A stretch of 64,000 nt of DNA from Camelus dromedarius. Its lineage: Eukaryota. Made by a program: the position numbers and the translations under genes. Numbering within the stretch: the first letter of the stretch is position 1; every line of letters starts with the position of its first letter. The stretch lies in NCBI RefSeq assembly GCF_036321535.1, contig NC_087436.1, positions 122,452,001-122,516,000 of the forward strand, written 5' to 3'. This document shows positions 34,833 to 46,760 of the stretch, one piece after another. The notes beneath the pieces are model-generated. The model had not been told where the DNA came from. It made no database searches and was given only the letters and a program-made list of their open reading frames with translations.

Positions 34833-35390
34833 TTTTTTTTGTTTAATTGAGGTATAGTTGATTCACAATGTTGTATTAGCTTCCGGTGTACAACATAGTG
34901 ATTCAGTTATGTATATGTATATTCTTTTTCATGTTCTTTCTCATGACAGGTCACTACAAGTTACTGAATGTAGTTCCCTGTGCTGTACAGTAGAACATTG
35001 TTGTTTATCTATTCTGTACATAGTAGTTTGTATCACCCAATCCCAAACTCCCAATTTATCCCTCTCTCCTCTCTAACCCCCTGGTGACTGTAAGTTTTTC
35101 TATCTCTGTGAGTCTCTGTTTTGTAAATAAGTTCATGTCATTTTTTAAGATTCCACATATAAGTGATATCATACGATATTTGTCTTTTTCTGACTGACTT
35201 CACATTTTTTGTATTTTCTATTTTTTTATTGAATTGTGGTTAATTTACAATGTTAGTTTCAGGTGTACAGCAAAGCAATTCAGTTATTCACATACATATA
35301 TGTATATATATTTTTCAGATTATTTTCCATTACAGCTCATTACAAGAAATTGAATATAGCTCCCTGTGCTCTACAGTAGGTCCTTGTCGT
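34833..35390 (-). mobile_element. Two adjacent LINE-1 3'-end fragments (~34833-35200 and ~35220-35390)
   Basis: Each begins with a T-tract plus attga...tagtt.atttacaatgtt...ggtgtaca, as in the 31632 L1 3'UTR. Confidence 0.8.
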
Positions 35391-38300
35391 CTGTGAGTGG
35401 CTCTTCTGATTAACTGGGGGTTACCGGGTTGTTTTTTCCCCATATATGCAAATTTAAAAGGTCCACCAGCTGGAGTCATGTGACGGTGCCTGGCAGACTG
35501 CAAGTCCTTTGCAGTGACTTAGCTGTCAGTGTGGAACCTGGCTGCAGGGAGGGAGCAAGTGTGACTTTTTGATCATTAGTCTGTATTTTATGTGTAAGAA
35601 TCATGACGGTTTTTTGTTTTTTGTTTTCTTGCTTTGTTTTGTTTGCTTTGTCAACATGCAGGTTTTAATGGGATCTCAGCCACTTTATAAAACTCACACT
35701 TTGAAGATGTAAAGTATTCTGGAAAACACCCCTCGGTACGGGGGTGGCAGCAGATCCTGGTGCTGAGGGCTCTGTGGTTGACCTTCCAGCAAAGGGGCAA
35801 CTGGTCCGCATCCCCAGAGCTCAGTGCCTGGCCCGTCATGAGCACTTGAACTGTGCAGCGTGTGGCAGGCAGCCCTGCATCCAGTGCTGGCTCTGCCTCT
35901 CCTGTGGTCCCATTGCTAAGATGGGCTGATGGCGCCTACCTGCTGGGCTGGCTCTGAGGATGAAGGGAGAGAGTGAATGTCACCTGCTTAACAGTGCTTG
36001 GCAACGGCAGTGGTTGTGGTTGCTGGGGTGGGGGGGGTGAAATAGTGGCAGGGGCTCGGGGAATGGATGTGTTCTGTAGCTTGACTGTGGTGGTCATTAC
36101 AGAACTGGACACGGTCCTCAAAGCTCATGGAACTGGGTGCGTGTTCAGGTGTAGACAAAGGTGTCCCCTGCCGCTGCCCCCTTCTCTCCCGATGGCTCCT
36201 CTCCGGCCTTGGCCCGTGTCCCTCTGGCCCCAGAGCCCTGGATGACCACATGCCCACTTCTCAGGTGCTCGGCCCACCCTGTCTGCGCCCCAGGCTGCAG
36301 GCTTCCTGCTGGGGTGTGGCAGGGGTCCCTGAGCTGGTCCTCCCTGCACAGAGGCCAGGCTGTACCTCACCCATCAGTATTGGGCAGAGCCTGGGCCCAG
36401 GAGGGAGAGGGCATGCTGGCCCTGGAGTTCCCGGCGCCTGGTGTGGAGTGGTCAGTGTTGTAGAGTGAGGGGTGAACGTGAGGGGTTGGGCAGGTGACTG
36501 GCTCCCCTCCACCTGGCACAGTGACCCTGGGCTGAGCCTCAGTGTCCCCACCTGTAGAATGGATCTGCTGTTGCCATGTGGATGAGTGGTTCACCCATGA
36601 GATGGGTGAGGTGGGGGTCTCTCTAGCAGCTCTTGGGCTTTGGGGGCCCAGCCACAGACACTGGGGGTGGCCCCAGACCACAGTGCCCGCTGGCCTAGGG
36701 AGCCCACGCAGCACATACCCCAGGTGCTCACCCTGGAGACCTGCTGGGGGTGGGGTGGGGGCCCCTTCCCTCTCCCTTCCTCCCCCATCCTTCCCCCCGA
36801 GCAAGGGCCGCACCCTCTCCTGCTCTGTTCTGGTCCCAGGTGCCTGTCTTTCAGTGGATGCAGGGCTGCACCTTCCTTCTAGAAGCCTGGGGACCCTAGA
36901 GGGGTTGGGCAGGGACAAAACCCTGGCAGGCCCAGCTGAAGGGCACCGGCCACAAGGCTTGGCCTGACTGTGGGTGGGGTCTCCACCCTCCATGCCCCAG
37001 GCTTCCTCCCTCTTCACCACCACAAGAGGGGTTCCTGAGGGGAGGCCAGAACCATCCTCAGAGCTGGAAGTCCAGGGCCGGGTCTGGGCTCAGCTGCCAA
37101 ACAAGGAGGCACTGCAGCCCCTACCCTGGCAGCCAGGGTACCTCTAGTGGACCTGGCATGGCACTGGCCTGGGTAGTGACTGGTCACTAGGTGCCGCCCA
37201 GAGGGGCAGGGTGGGAGCCCTTCTGGGGCTCTGGGTAGAGGGTGCAGACGTCCCCTCAGGGTTGGTGGGGGGAGAGGAGCCTCCAGGTGACTCTCCTTCT
37301 GGGGCCCCCTCCTGCCCCTCCTCTCAGCTCCACTGGGCTTTACACCCCAAAGGCACATCCCTTCTCCAGGCACCTTCCCATCTCACGCTCTTTTATTCAT
37401 TCGTTCACTCCACCTTGTGTCCCTGCTGTGCCCCAGGTACTGCCATACTGGTGCATTGGTCTGTCTCCTGCTGGCGGCAGGTCCCTGGCCTCAGGCCCCG
37501 CCCAGGACACAGCACAGTGAACACCCACCCGTGTGCTGCCCCATCTCTCCCAGGAAAGCACTGCTGTTTCAAGGCCAACAGAGACAGCTCCAGCTCCTCC
37601 ACCCAGAAGGTGCCTCCAGCCCCAGTAGCGGTCACAGAGCCACCGTGCCTGCCACCTGCCTCTTCTGCTGGCTCCTGGTCACTCTGGTTCAGGTTATGGG
37701 GGCATCTGTCTCTCTCCTAACAAGGCTCTGGGGCAGGGGGCCCTGGGAATCCTGGTACAGGGAGGATGGAGCTCAATGAAGTGCTCCGATGAGAGCAGCT
37801 CTGGGGTGGGACAAGAACAAGGCCCCGTGCTCTGCACCTCAGACTTCTCTTCTGTAGAAAGGGTAGGTTCTGACTCCTTCCCTCGGGGTAATCCATGGCA
37901 GCGTCTGGCAAGTGGCACTGCGGGTCCGTGCGCCCAGCCGGAGGGCCTAGCCCTCTTGACATGACACGGACAGTGGGCTGGAGCGCTGGTCCAGCGTGCT
38001 TGGTGTGCACGCGGCCCTGGTCTGACCCTCCATGTGAGAGCCAACAGTGACCTCTGGTCTGCAGCTTCTTCACCACAACTCCCTCCTCGGCTGCAGGAGG
38101 GTTTTGAGTTGCTTTTCAGTTTTACATGAGATCGTCAAACCCAAGGAGAGCTGTTAGTTTAATGGGGAACAGACTGTATCCCCTGATCCACTGGAAACCT
38201 TCAGTGGTTATCCACGTAAGTGCTGAGGAGCAGGTGGATAGAACTTACTCGGTCATAAGACTTCTGACAAACACAAAGGTGACCTTGGTGCCCTGAGGTG

Positions 38301-39479
38301 GTTGTCATGGGTCCAGATGGGGTAGAAGACCCAGCTCCCTTCCCCAGCATGGGTGCCCCCAGGTGCCTGTTCTGGCCTGGCTCACAAGGAACCTGGCCAG
38401 CACCGCTTGACTCATGGAAGGGATGAAAGGATGGCCGTGTGGACCCCTGTGGCTTCGCTGGTCTGCAGAGCAAACCTCCATCCCCTACCCCACCCCAGCC
38501 CATGTGTTGCTGGCCCCGCTCCCTGCACCAGCCACGCTGGCCTCCAGCTCTTACAGGAGGCTGCAGGGAGACTTCTTCCCACCAGTCACAGTGACAGCTG
38601 GCTTGGCTTGGCTCTGAAGTCTTTATAGGACCAGCCTCACCAGGCCCAGAACCTGCATGGAGGCCCTGGCCTGGCATTTGGGGGCTGCATCCCTGGTGTC
38701 TCCCCTAACACCCAAACCCAAGGATGCCCAGGAGGCTATGCTCTCACCTCCTTGGGGTTTCTTCCCAGTGTCACTCCCTTTTCGACCTAAAAGAGCCCTC
38801 ACCCCATCTGGTCCCTCTCCTCCTCTCAAGCGGTACCACCTGATGCATTAAGCATTTGTCTGACCTCAGGGCCTGGCCAGCTTGAAGCCCCCACTTCAAG
38901 TCCAGCCCTTGCCCCCATGCGGAGAGTGAGCACACAGGTGCCAGGCTGCTCTTCCCAATCTGACCCCTTCCCACCTCCCCCACAAACCTCAGGGTCTGGG
39001 GACTCAAATGAGAGCGCTCTGGACCACATGGTCCCTAAGGCCTCTCCCAGCCCCAGTGACCCTGCTCACGTTCCCCTGCCTGCACCCTTTAAATGAGCTA
39101 TCTCGTCTGAAACAAACCCATGAAGACAGCCGCGGACGAGACGTCCGGCCTCGGGGCTGCCCCGTGAGGTGGGGGTAGCAGGGCGGTGTCCGCTGCGGGG
39201 GCCAGTGGAGCGGGGTACGGCCAGAAGCTAGCATCCTGGGTCAGGCGCTCATTTCATCCCCCGAGGATGGAATGCTGGCAGGGGAGGCAGGGCCCCTTCC
39301 AAAGGCCAGTCCGCTGACCGCCAGCCTCACCTCCCGGAGACCGCCCCCAAGAGGTCCGGCCACAGCCGGACCACGGTGCTCAGACGAACAAGTGCCCACC
39401 CTTCTCTCCTGCCAGTAGCCCTGGACCACGGACTCTGGGCACCCGCCGCCCTGCCCGTCACTGGGCCGAGCCTCAGGGA

Positions 39480-40820
39480 GACCCGAGAGGGCGAGCGACC
39501 TGCCCAAGGTCACACAGCGAATTACAGGCAGGGCGGGGTCGGCGGCGACGGCGAGTTAGGGTTCCGGGCCGGATGGTGCGCGAAGTGGGGCCCGGAACCG
39601 CCGGCTGGGCCAAGCCCTTGGCGCTGGCCAAGCCACCCAGCTCTGAGCCCAGCGTCCCCCGCGCCAGTCGCCCCCACCAGCCTTGAGTCGCCGCCTCCGC
39701 CCGCCTTCGCAGCCAGGAGAGCGACGTCACGCCCAGCGCCCGCAGGCCCGCAGGCGAGTCGGGCTCCGACCCCGGGGGCGGGGCCACCCCGGCGCACGCG
39801 CTGTTCGCCTACCCGCCTCAGAAACGCGGTCTGCGCAAGTCCCGCCCATCTGCTCGAGGCCCGCTCCCGGCCGGCCCGCCCCTCCGTCGGCACACGGCCC
39901 GCCCGCCCGCCGGCAGCAGTCCCGCCCCCGCGGCACAGGCCCTGTCCCCGGCGGGCGGAGCGGCGCGGCTGAGGGACGGCAGGCGCGGGCCAGCTAATGG
40001 GAGGGGCCGTGGCGCGGGGCGGGGCCTGTGTCGGGGGCGGGGCGCCGCCGCGGTCCTGTTCGCCGCGGCTGGGGCGCGTTGTCCTTGGAGGGAGGAGCGC
40101 GGCTGAGGGCCAGCGCCTCCCTCGCTCAGCCCCCCCTCCGCCGCGCTCAGGTACCGGCCCGGCGTGGCCCGCGAAGCGCCCGTCCTTGCGTGCGCGCGTC
40201 CGGGGTTGTGCGTGCGCGCCCCGGCGCGGGGCCGCGCGTGAACTTGGGCTGGACGGTGCCCGCTCCCGTCAGCGCGCCGGGCCCGGCCCGCGCGGCCCGA
40301 TGCTTTTCCACCCGCGTCGGTGCCGGTGCCGAGCGTTTTCGCCGCTGGACCCGGAGAGCGCGGCGGGCGGGTCACTGAGGGCGCGGGGACCCGGGGGCTC
40401 GCGACCCGGGGTTGGGACTCCTGCCGCGCGCACGACCCCCGGGCCGGCTCAGGCCCCGGGCCCCCCGCGCCCAGGACCCCCTGCGCCCCGAGACCCCGCG
40501 CAGCCCGGGGCCCCGTGCGCGCCCCAAGAGTCCCAGGTCTCGAGACTCCTGCGCCCCAGGAGCCGCGCGGAACCCTGGGCCCCCTGCGTCCCAAGAGCCC
40601 TGCGTCCCGGGTTCCCTATGCCACGAGACCCTGCGCACCCCGGGGCCCCCTGCGCTCCCCGAGAACCTGCGCACCCGGGGCCCCCGTGCACTCCACGCAC
40701 CCTTTGACTGTGAGGGGCCGCGCCTCGGGCGCGCTGCCACTTGCTGAACCGACTTTGGGTGTCGCCTTTGCGAGCTGTTGTCGTTCCGGTGCCGAGACGC
40801 GCGGCTCCAGCGGTTCTTGG
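39480..40820 (+). promoter_or_regulatory. FAM53A: CpG island / FAM53A promoter with probable non-coding exon 1 ending at 40150
   Basis: CpG-dense with multiple GC boxes; donor gctcag|gtaccg at 40150/40151; lies ~10 kb upstream of the first coding exon. Confidence 0.75.
40490..40696. repeat. Degenerate ~36-bp GC-rich repeats in FAM53A intron 1
   Basis: gagaccctgcgcaccccggggccccctgcgctcccc-like units at 40490, 40625 and 40661. Confidence 0.7.
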
Positions 40821-42834
40821 GGCTCATGTGTCTTGTCATCTTGCAGCGAGAAACAGGAAGTCTGATGTGATAAGCTGTGCCCTGACGAAGCCCCAAAGGT
40901 GGGCCCACACGACGAGGGGAGGCCGGACCCCCCAACAACCTGTGGAAGGTGATTGGAAGTCGATTCCGAAGCTGCGTTCTCTGCATAGACGAGAGGTTTG
41001 AGTCTTAAGACTTCCTGTCGGTGGAGAAAGGTGCGTTAGGTGGATAGTGTGTGTTTTTACTTTATTTCTACTTCATTTTCTCTCACTCTGAGTACAGCTG
41101 CAGATCTGAAATGTGTTAGTCTATGTTAAATTGGCTGAAGTGTTTGCATTTTATCTTAGGCTACTTCTGCTGGACTCTAAACTTCCCTAATGTCAAAATA
41201 CATTTTTTTTTAAAAAGTCAAACTTGACTCATTGCTTAGTTGAGTTTATAATGATCTCTCAGCATTGAAAGCTTTCAGGGTGGATTAGCTTGGCTTCAAG
41301 ACTGCACTTCAGTTTCACAACATTTCAAGAATTTAACTTGAGCATATAGATTCTGTTTCTTCAGCTGTGACCTCACTGTCTCTTGAGTGTGTCCCCATCA
41401 AAGCAGGTCCCGACAGGGAAGCCCAGCCTCGCACTCTGATGGTAGAAAGCAGGGGAAGAGTTTGTCTCAATTTTGACAACTCGAAATTGCCCCCAACTTG
41501 AAATTGAAACAGCAATTGTTTAGAAGCAGTGGCTTTTCTTTAAACTGGCCTCCTCCCGTGGCTCACTGTGCAGGGAACTTAGACTTTGTTCTGGAGCTCA
41601 GTCCCTCTTGTGTGCTCTGTGGTGCCACTTTAAGGCTCTCAGGAGGGTGAACAAGAGCCACCGTAACAGGCATGCCCTTTGGTGGACCCTTACATTTTCT
41701 TGACTTTGAATTTGGAGCCACAAAGGGGAGCACTGTTCTTGTAGCTACTGGAAACATGTACTGGAGAGGATGCCAACGTTGTTGTCTTTTTCTTCTTTGT
41801 AAGTGGGCACATCAGGACCTTCCCTAGTCATAGAGACATCTGCTCATCTGCACAGTGTGCACAGGGAACAGGCTGCTGTTTGTTTGCTGGGAGGTGAAAG
41901 GACCAGGAGAACAGGTATTTTTTTACAGGTGCATTTGAAACACTCAAAAACTTTTTTTTAAAAGCAAATTAAAATTTTATATAAACCTTTTTGACTTTTT
42001 CTGCCATAGTATTTTTCAAAGGAAAATTGACTTTCACAGTCATTTCAGCATTTGTTATAAGTGGTCCTAATTTAACGTGTGTGCCAGGGACCCAGCACTT
42101 TCCTGCATCTTCCTTAGTCTGAGTCCTTGCAGCCTCATGAGGTGGGTGGTTCTTCCCCAGAGAGGTGAGGTCACTGGCCTGGGAGAGCCCAGCTCTGAGC
42201 AGGCCAGCCCGGGTCCGACCCTGGGTCTTCTGTGCAGCCAATCAGAGCCCACCTTGTGTCCTTTCTCAGAAGGAAGTTTTTGGGTGCAGTCTCCACGCAC
42301 TAGGAGAGACGTAATGACGAAAATCTCCTTTTTAAGATTTGAGTTTCTTTTCCTTTGTTGGCTTGCAGAGATAACGGTTCAAACATGGTTTCTGGGCACT
42401 TTTAAATTAATAGTCCTGTTGTCTAAACCCTCTAGTTGTGGGTTTTAACATTAGTAAGATGTTGGTTAGTTAGGACATGTGATTTTTGTCTTATTTTCTT
42501 GTTTCAAAGTCTTCTCAAAAAGACTTCCATGGTCCTGTGCACAGGGCTGTCTCTGCCTTGGGCTTTTCTAGGGATCACTGAGTGTGGCACCTACTGTGTT
42601 CTGTTAGAGAAGGTACTGAGCCCCTCAAGTGGAGTCGTACCTGCATGCCACCAGTGGGAAGTGGTCAAGCAATTTTGGCAGGCTGCAGTAACCTCACCTG
42701 TGTGGCTGGTGTTGATCTTGGGGACATGGCCACCCCCCCCCTTCTTCCCAGCCTGCTGTAACGCAGGACTGGTGACTGTGACCCACTCCAACAGCGAGAA
42801 AGGGGCATTTGGCTCCGTTTGCTTTGCTAAGTGT

Positions 42835-43130
42835 CCCTGTTTTGGTTACTATGGCAGTGTAACAAATGAACTCCAAAACTGGTGGCTTCAGACAACGATG
42901 ATCATTTATTACTGCTCAGGATTTCGGGGCCTGGAATTTGGAGCAGCCTCGTGCAGCTTGGTCAGATGGGGGCTGGGGCTAAGTGTCTCCTCTGGGACAT
43001 CCTCACTCTGTGTTGGGTTCCTGGGCTGGGAAGATGTGAACAGTGGGGCTGCCTGCAGCATGGCATCTTCGAGGCGTATCCCAAAAAGGACCAGGCCTTT
43101 GTGGCACCTGGAAGTCACTTTGCATCTGGT
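42835..43130 (-). mobile_element. Probable MaLR (MLT1-type) LTR remnant
   Basis: tgtaacaaat...ccaaaact.gtggctt..acaac...atttattac..ctca..ttt..gg..ctggaatttg resembles MLT1 ends. Confidence 0.55.
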
Positions 43131-44864
43131 CAAGGGGCAATTAAACTCCACCTTCTCATGGGGGGCGTGCCAGAGCGTCTGCAGTCATGTGCTAAAAACC
43201 CTGCACCAGCGATTGCTAGTTAATAACTAATGTTCAACCAGGTTATGAGTTTCTGTTTAAGTGCTCTTTGAGAGAAAACTAAATAAAAAGAAAAGTCAGA
43301 GAAGCTGGAGTTGGTGCCGCTGTGTTAGCTGCGAGGTTGCACTGTGTTAGCTACAACGCTCCTGGAACTTGGGATGTTCTCAGCCTTGAGGTGCTGGTGG
43401 GCTTCACACTTCTTTTTTGTGAAAACCGCCGGAACCTGAGGCTTTCATGTCTGAAACCGCCTGGCTTTGGCCTTCCGTGTGTGCTGGGGTGGGCCCTGGC
43501 CCAACAGCTAAGTGGGTACTGGAGAGTTTCTCCCCACTTCGTGGGTCAGAAGCCAGCCAGCAGGAGCTGGAGTGGCCCGTCCAGAGCTCAGGCTTGAGTC
43601 TGGTGTCCGATTCGCAGCCGGTGGCGGGGTCTGGCTTGGGTGGCAGAGAGAGGCTACGTGTGGAGGTGGCTCTGCCCGTGCCCCAAGGCTGCCGCTGTTG
43701 GAGCCTCCGTGTCCGCACAGATTCACTGAACTGCAGGTCCTCACTCACCACCCCAAGGGCCAGGCAGCCTCGAGTCTTGGCCTCGAGAAACCCTCTCTTA
43801 GCAGGAATGGAGAGCAAGGTGATCGGCACACAGGAACCTCCGGCCCGAAAGCAGAGACCAGCGAGGGAGCTGGGCTGGGCTGGCCGGGATGGGAAAGCTG
43901 TGAGGAGGAGAGCCCTGTGGTGGGTTCAGCCTTAGAGGAGCGCGGGCCGAGGCTCAGGGCGTTCAGAGGTGCGGACGCCTCTGAACGTGGTGGCTAAACA
44001 GGAGGTACAGAAACAAGCGTCATTGGAGGACGACGTCCAGGGCCGGTCGTGGCAGCAGTTCAGCAGCAACAGGAAAGTAGCAGAGGTGGAGGCCTGGGAG
44101 GGCTGGCTGTTCTAGAAACAGACCTGGGAAAGGGGGCTGGCGGATTCATCGATGAAGCCAGCACATCTCTGAGGCCTCGGTGGCTCAGTTTCCCCCTTCA
44201 GAAGACCCTGCCCAAGGCCCCTGCACACTTCCCAACTCTGGGAGAGGGAAGATTTGGGGAGCCCGGCTGGCATCCAGGGAGGAGAGAAGGGGTGCAGGCA
44301 TTACACGCCCGCCGGGCCCCCTGCTCTGGGAGCCGCAAGCGGAGGGCGAGGCCCAGCCCAGCTGCTGGCTGCACTTGGACCTGGGGGAGGCATCCCTCCC
44401 CAGGCTGGCCTGTGCCTGGTCCAGGAGCGTAAGGGCTGCAGGCCGTCCCGATGGCTCTGGCCAAACGAGGCTTGCTTGTCGAGTTACAACTCCTTCGACG
44501 GGTTGGTGGGAAGAGTGTGTTGGGCAGAAACTGCGCGGAGGAGGAGGAGGAGGGAGTTACTCACCTTGGGAACCAGCCTCCCCTGTGTGTCTCAGCTGGA
44601 GGACCGTTCACAGTGACAGCGTGTTGTCAGTGATGACCTAGCGGGAGGCTTGGAGACCTGCGCCATGCTGCTCCACAGAGTCTGTAGGTAATGTGTGAAA
44701 TGGAACCATCGAGGACAGCTGTGCACGTGCACTGCTAAGTGTGGACGTAACAGATACTGAGGGCAGGGCTGGGGAGGGGGTGGGTGCTGGCCTTCTGTGT
44801 GGTACAGAAACGCAGTGGCATTGGTTTTTAAAACAACGCGTTGCCACAATGGAAGGGATGTGCC

Positions 44865-45200
44865 TTGTGGTTTGACTTGTGTCCCCTAAAAATTCGCACG
44901 TTGAAACCCTAAGCCTCAGGGCCTTGGAAGTAGGGCTGTTGCAGAGGCAGGTAGTTAAACTGAATTCACACTGGAGTGGGGGCCCCGATCCCAAATGCTT
45001 GGTGTCCTTGTAACGGGGACTTTGGACACAGTCATGGGGAGGGATGCCCTCACAGGCGAGGGAGTGGCGAGCAGCCAGGACAGAGCCTGGAGCAGACCTG
45101 CCTGCGCCCCCAGAGGGAGCTCGGCCCCCAGAGCCAGGAGACCGTGTTTTGGCACCGCTTGTGGTGCTTGACCGGCTGCCCCGGGACACTCACTACGGCT
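44865..45200 (+). mobile_element. MaLR (MLT1-type) solo LTR
   Basis: tgtggtttgacttgtgtcccctaaaaattc..gttgaaaccctaa...ggtgtccttgtaa...tttggacacag. Confidence 0.75.
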
Positions 45201-46374
45201 TTATGAGCGCTGCATCTGACTCTGTTAATAAATGGAAATGAAAAAACAGAAAAACAAAGCCCACTTTGGTGCCCTCTTGGAGGGTGGAGTCCAGGGAGTG
45301 GGCGTGGCCAGAGCAGCCAGCGAGAGGTCCTCGCCGCCCAGGCTGGCCTGTGCTCGGGCTCATCCCCGCGCAGCGTGCGGGGCGCCTGCTGCCTGCATGA
45401 CATGCCTGGGCCGGGAGGACGCCCTGTGTGGCCTGCGTGCTGAGTGCAGAGGTGGGTTGGGACCAGGTGAGCAGGAGGGTTAGGCCTTGGGGGCCTGGGG
45501 GCCAGTGTGATGATTCTGGCCTCTGTCCTGCGGCCACCAGTTGCCCCTGGGGGCTGGAACCCTGTGGTTGCTTTCTGTTGAGGCCGAGTGGATGGGAAGG
45601 AACAGCCTAGTGACTGCACCCACCCGGGATGGCGGAGGTGGCTTGAGCCTCACAGGGGTGGAGGAGAGGGGAAGAGCCAGGGGAGGTCAGCCACACAATG
45701 GCTGGCTTGGTTGCAGAGAAGGACCAGCATCCTTGGAGGTGAGGATGATGTGTTTGAAGTTCTTATCGCAGGAAAAGTGGAGCTGAGTCCTTTATCCTGC
45801 TTCCTCTGGCGTGGGTTCACCTGACACAGGAAGAGGGTTCCCTGGGGCCCGTGGGGGTGGTCTGGTGCGTGCGCGTCGGATCTCAGAGGGCTGCTTCCTG
45901 TGCAGGGGCTGTGGTGGGAGTCGGAGGCCACCTGTGCTCCCGGAGGCCGTGAGGAGCCCCAGCTGCCCGGCCTTCCTCAGTCCATGCAGTGGCTTGTGGG
46001 ATAGAGCCCCTTTCCTTCCCCTCCCCTCCCCTCCCGGTCAGCAGGGCCGGTCAGTTTTTTCACGACTGGCATCTGCATCCCCCTTGGCACCCAGGCCTGG
46101 CTTTGCGCCTCTCTCCTGGTATCTCCTCAGCTTCCAGTGTTGGCTTCATTGCCACCCCTCCTGGGGGCTGCCCTGCCAGGAACGGGGTCCTGCTCCTGTC
46201 CTTCTTTGCACCTGCCACCAGCTGGCAGCATGACCCCGGGGCTGGGACGCTGTCCTGAGCTGCCCATCCTGGGCTCATCACGCTGCGTCTGGAGCAGGGA
46301 CGGGCTGTGCGTTACTGACCGTCCGTCCTGGTCGTTGCATCTCCTGTGAGGGGAGCCGGCCTGGCCTTGTGTTG

Positions 46375-46760
46375 GGACCTGAGAATATGACCGTATTTGG
46401 AAACAGGGTCTCTGCAGATGTGGCTGAGATGTAAAAATCAAGATAAAGTCATACTGGGCTAGGGTGGACCTCAGTCCAGTCACTGGTGTCCTTATAAGAA
46501 GAGATGGAGAGACAGGACACCCAGGGAGAAGGCCGTGTGCAGTGGGGGCGGAGGCTGGCATGGGGATGCTGGCACAACCAAGGGACACCAAGGACTGCCG
46601 GCCACGGCTCCCTCCGGAAGCTGGGGAGGGACAGGGGTGCCCCCTCGGAGCCCCAGGAACCATCCTGCTGACCCCCTTGACTTCTGACTTCTGGCCTCAG
46701 AACTGGGAGGAAGCGGATTTGGGAGCTCTGTGGTGGCAGCCCCGGGGAGCTGGTGCACGG
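46375..46760 (+). mobile_element. MaLR (MLT1-type) LTR
   Basis: acctgagaatatgaccgtatttggaaacagggtctctgcagatgt...ctggtgtccttataagaagag...ccaaggactgccggccac...gacttctggcctcagaactg. Confidence 0.8.

Noticed and set aside
40847..41030. Possible cassette 5'UTR exon of FAM53A (ttgcag| ... aag|gtgcgt)
   Set aside because: Splice-like signals only; such pairs are common by chance and cannot be supported without transcript data.
42436..43230. 264-aa ORF in FAM53A intron 1
   Set aside because: Non-ATG start, runs through a probable MaLR LTR remnant, no domain or exon support.
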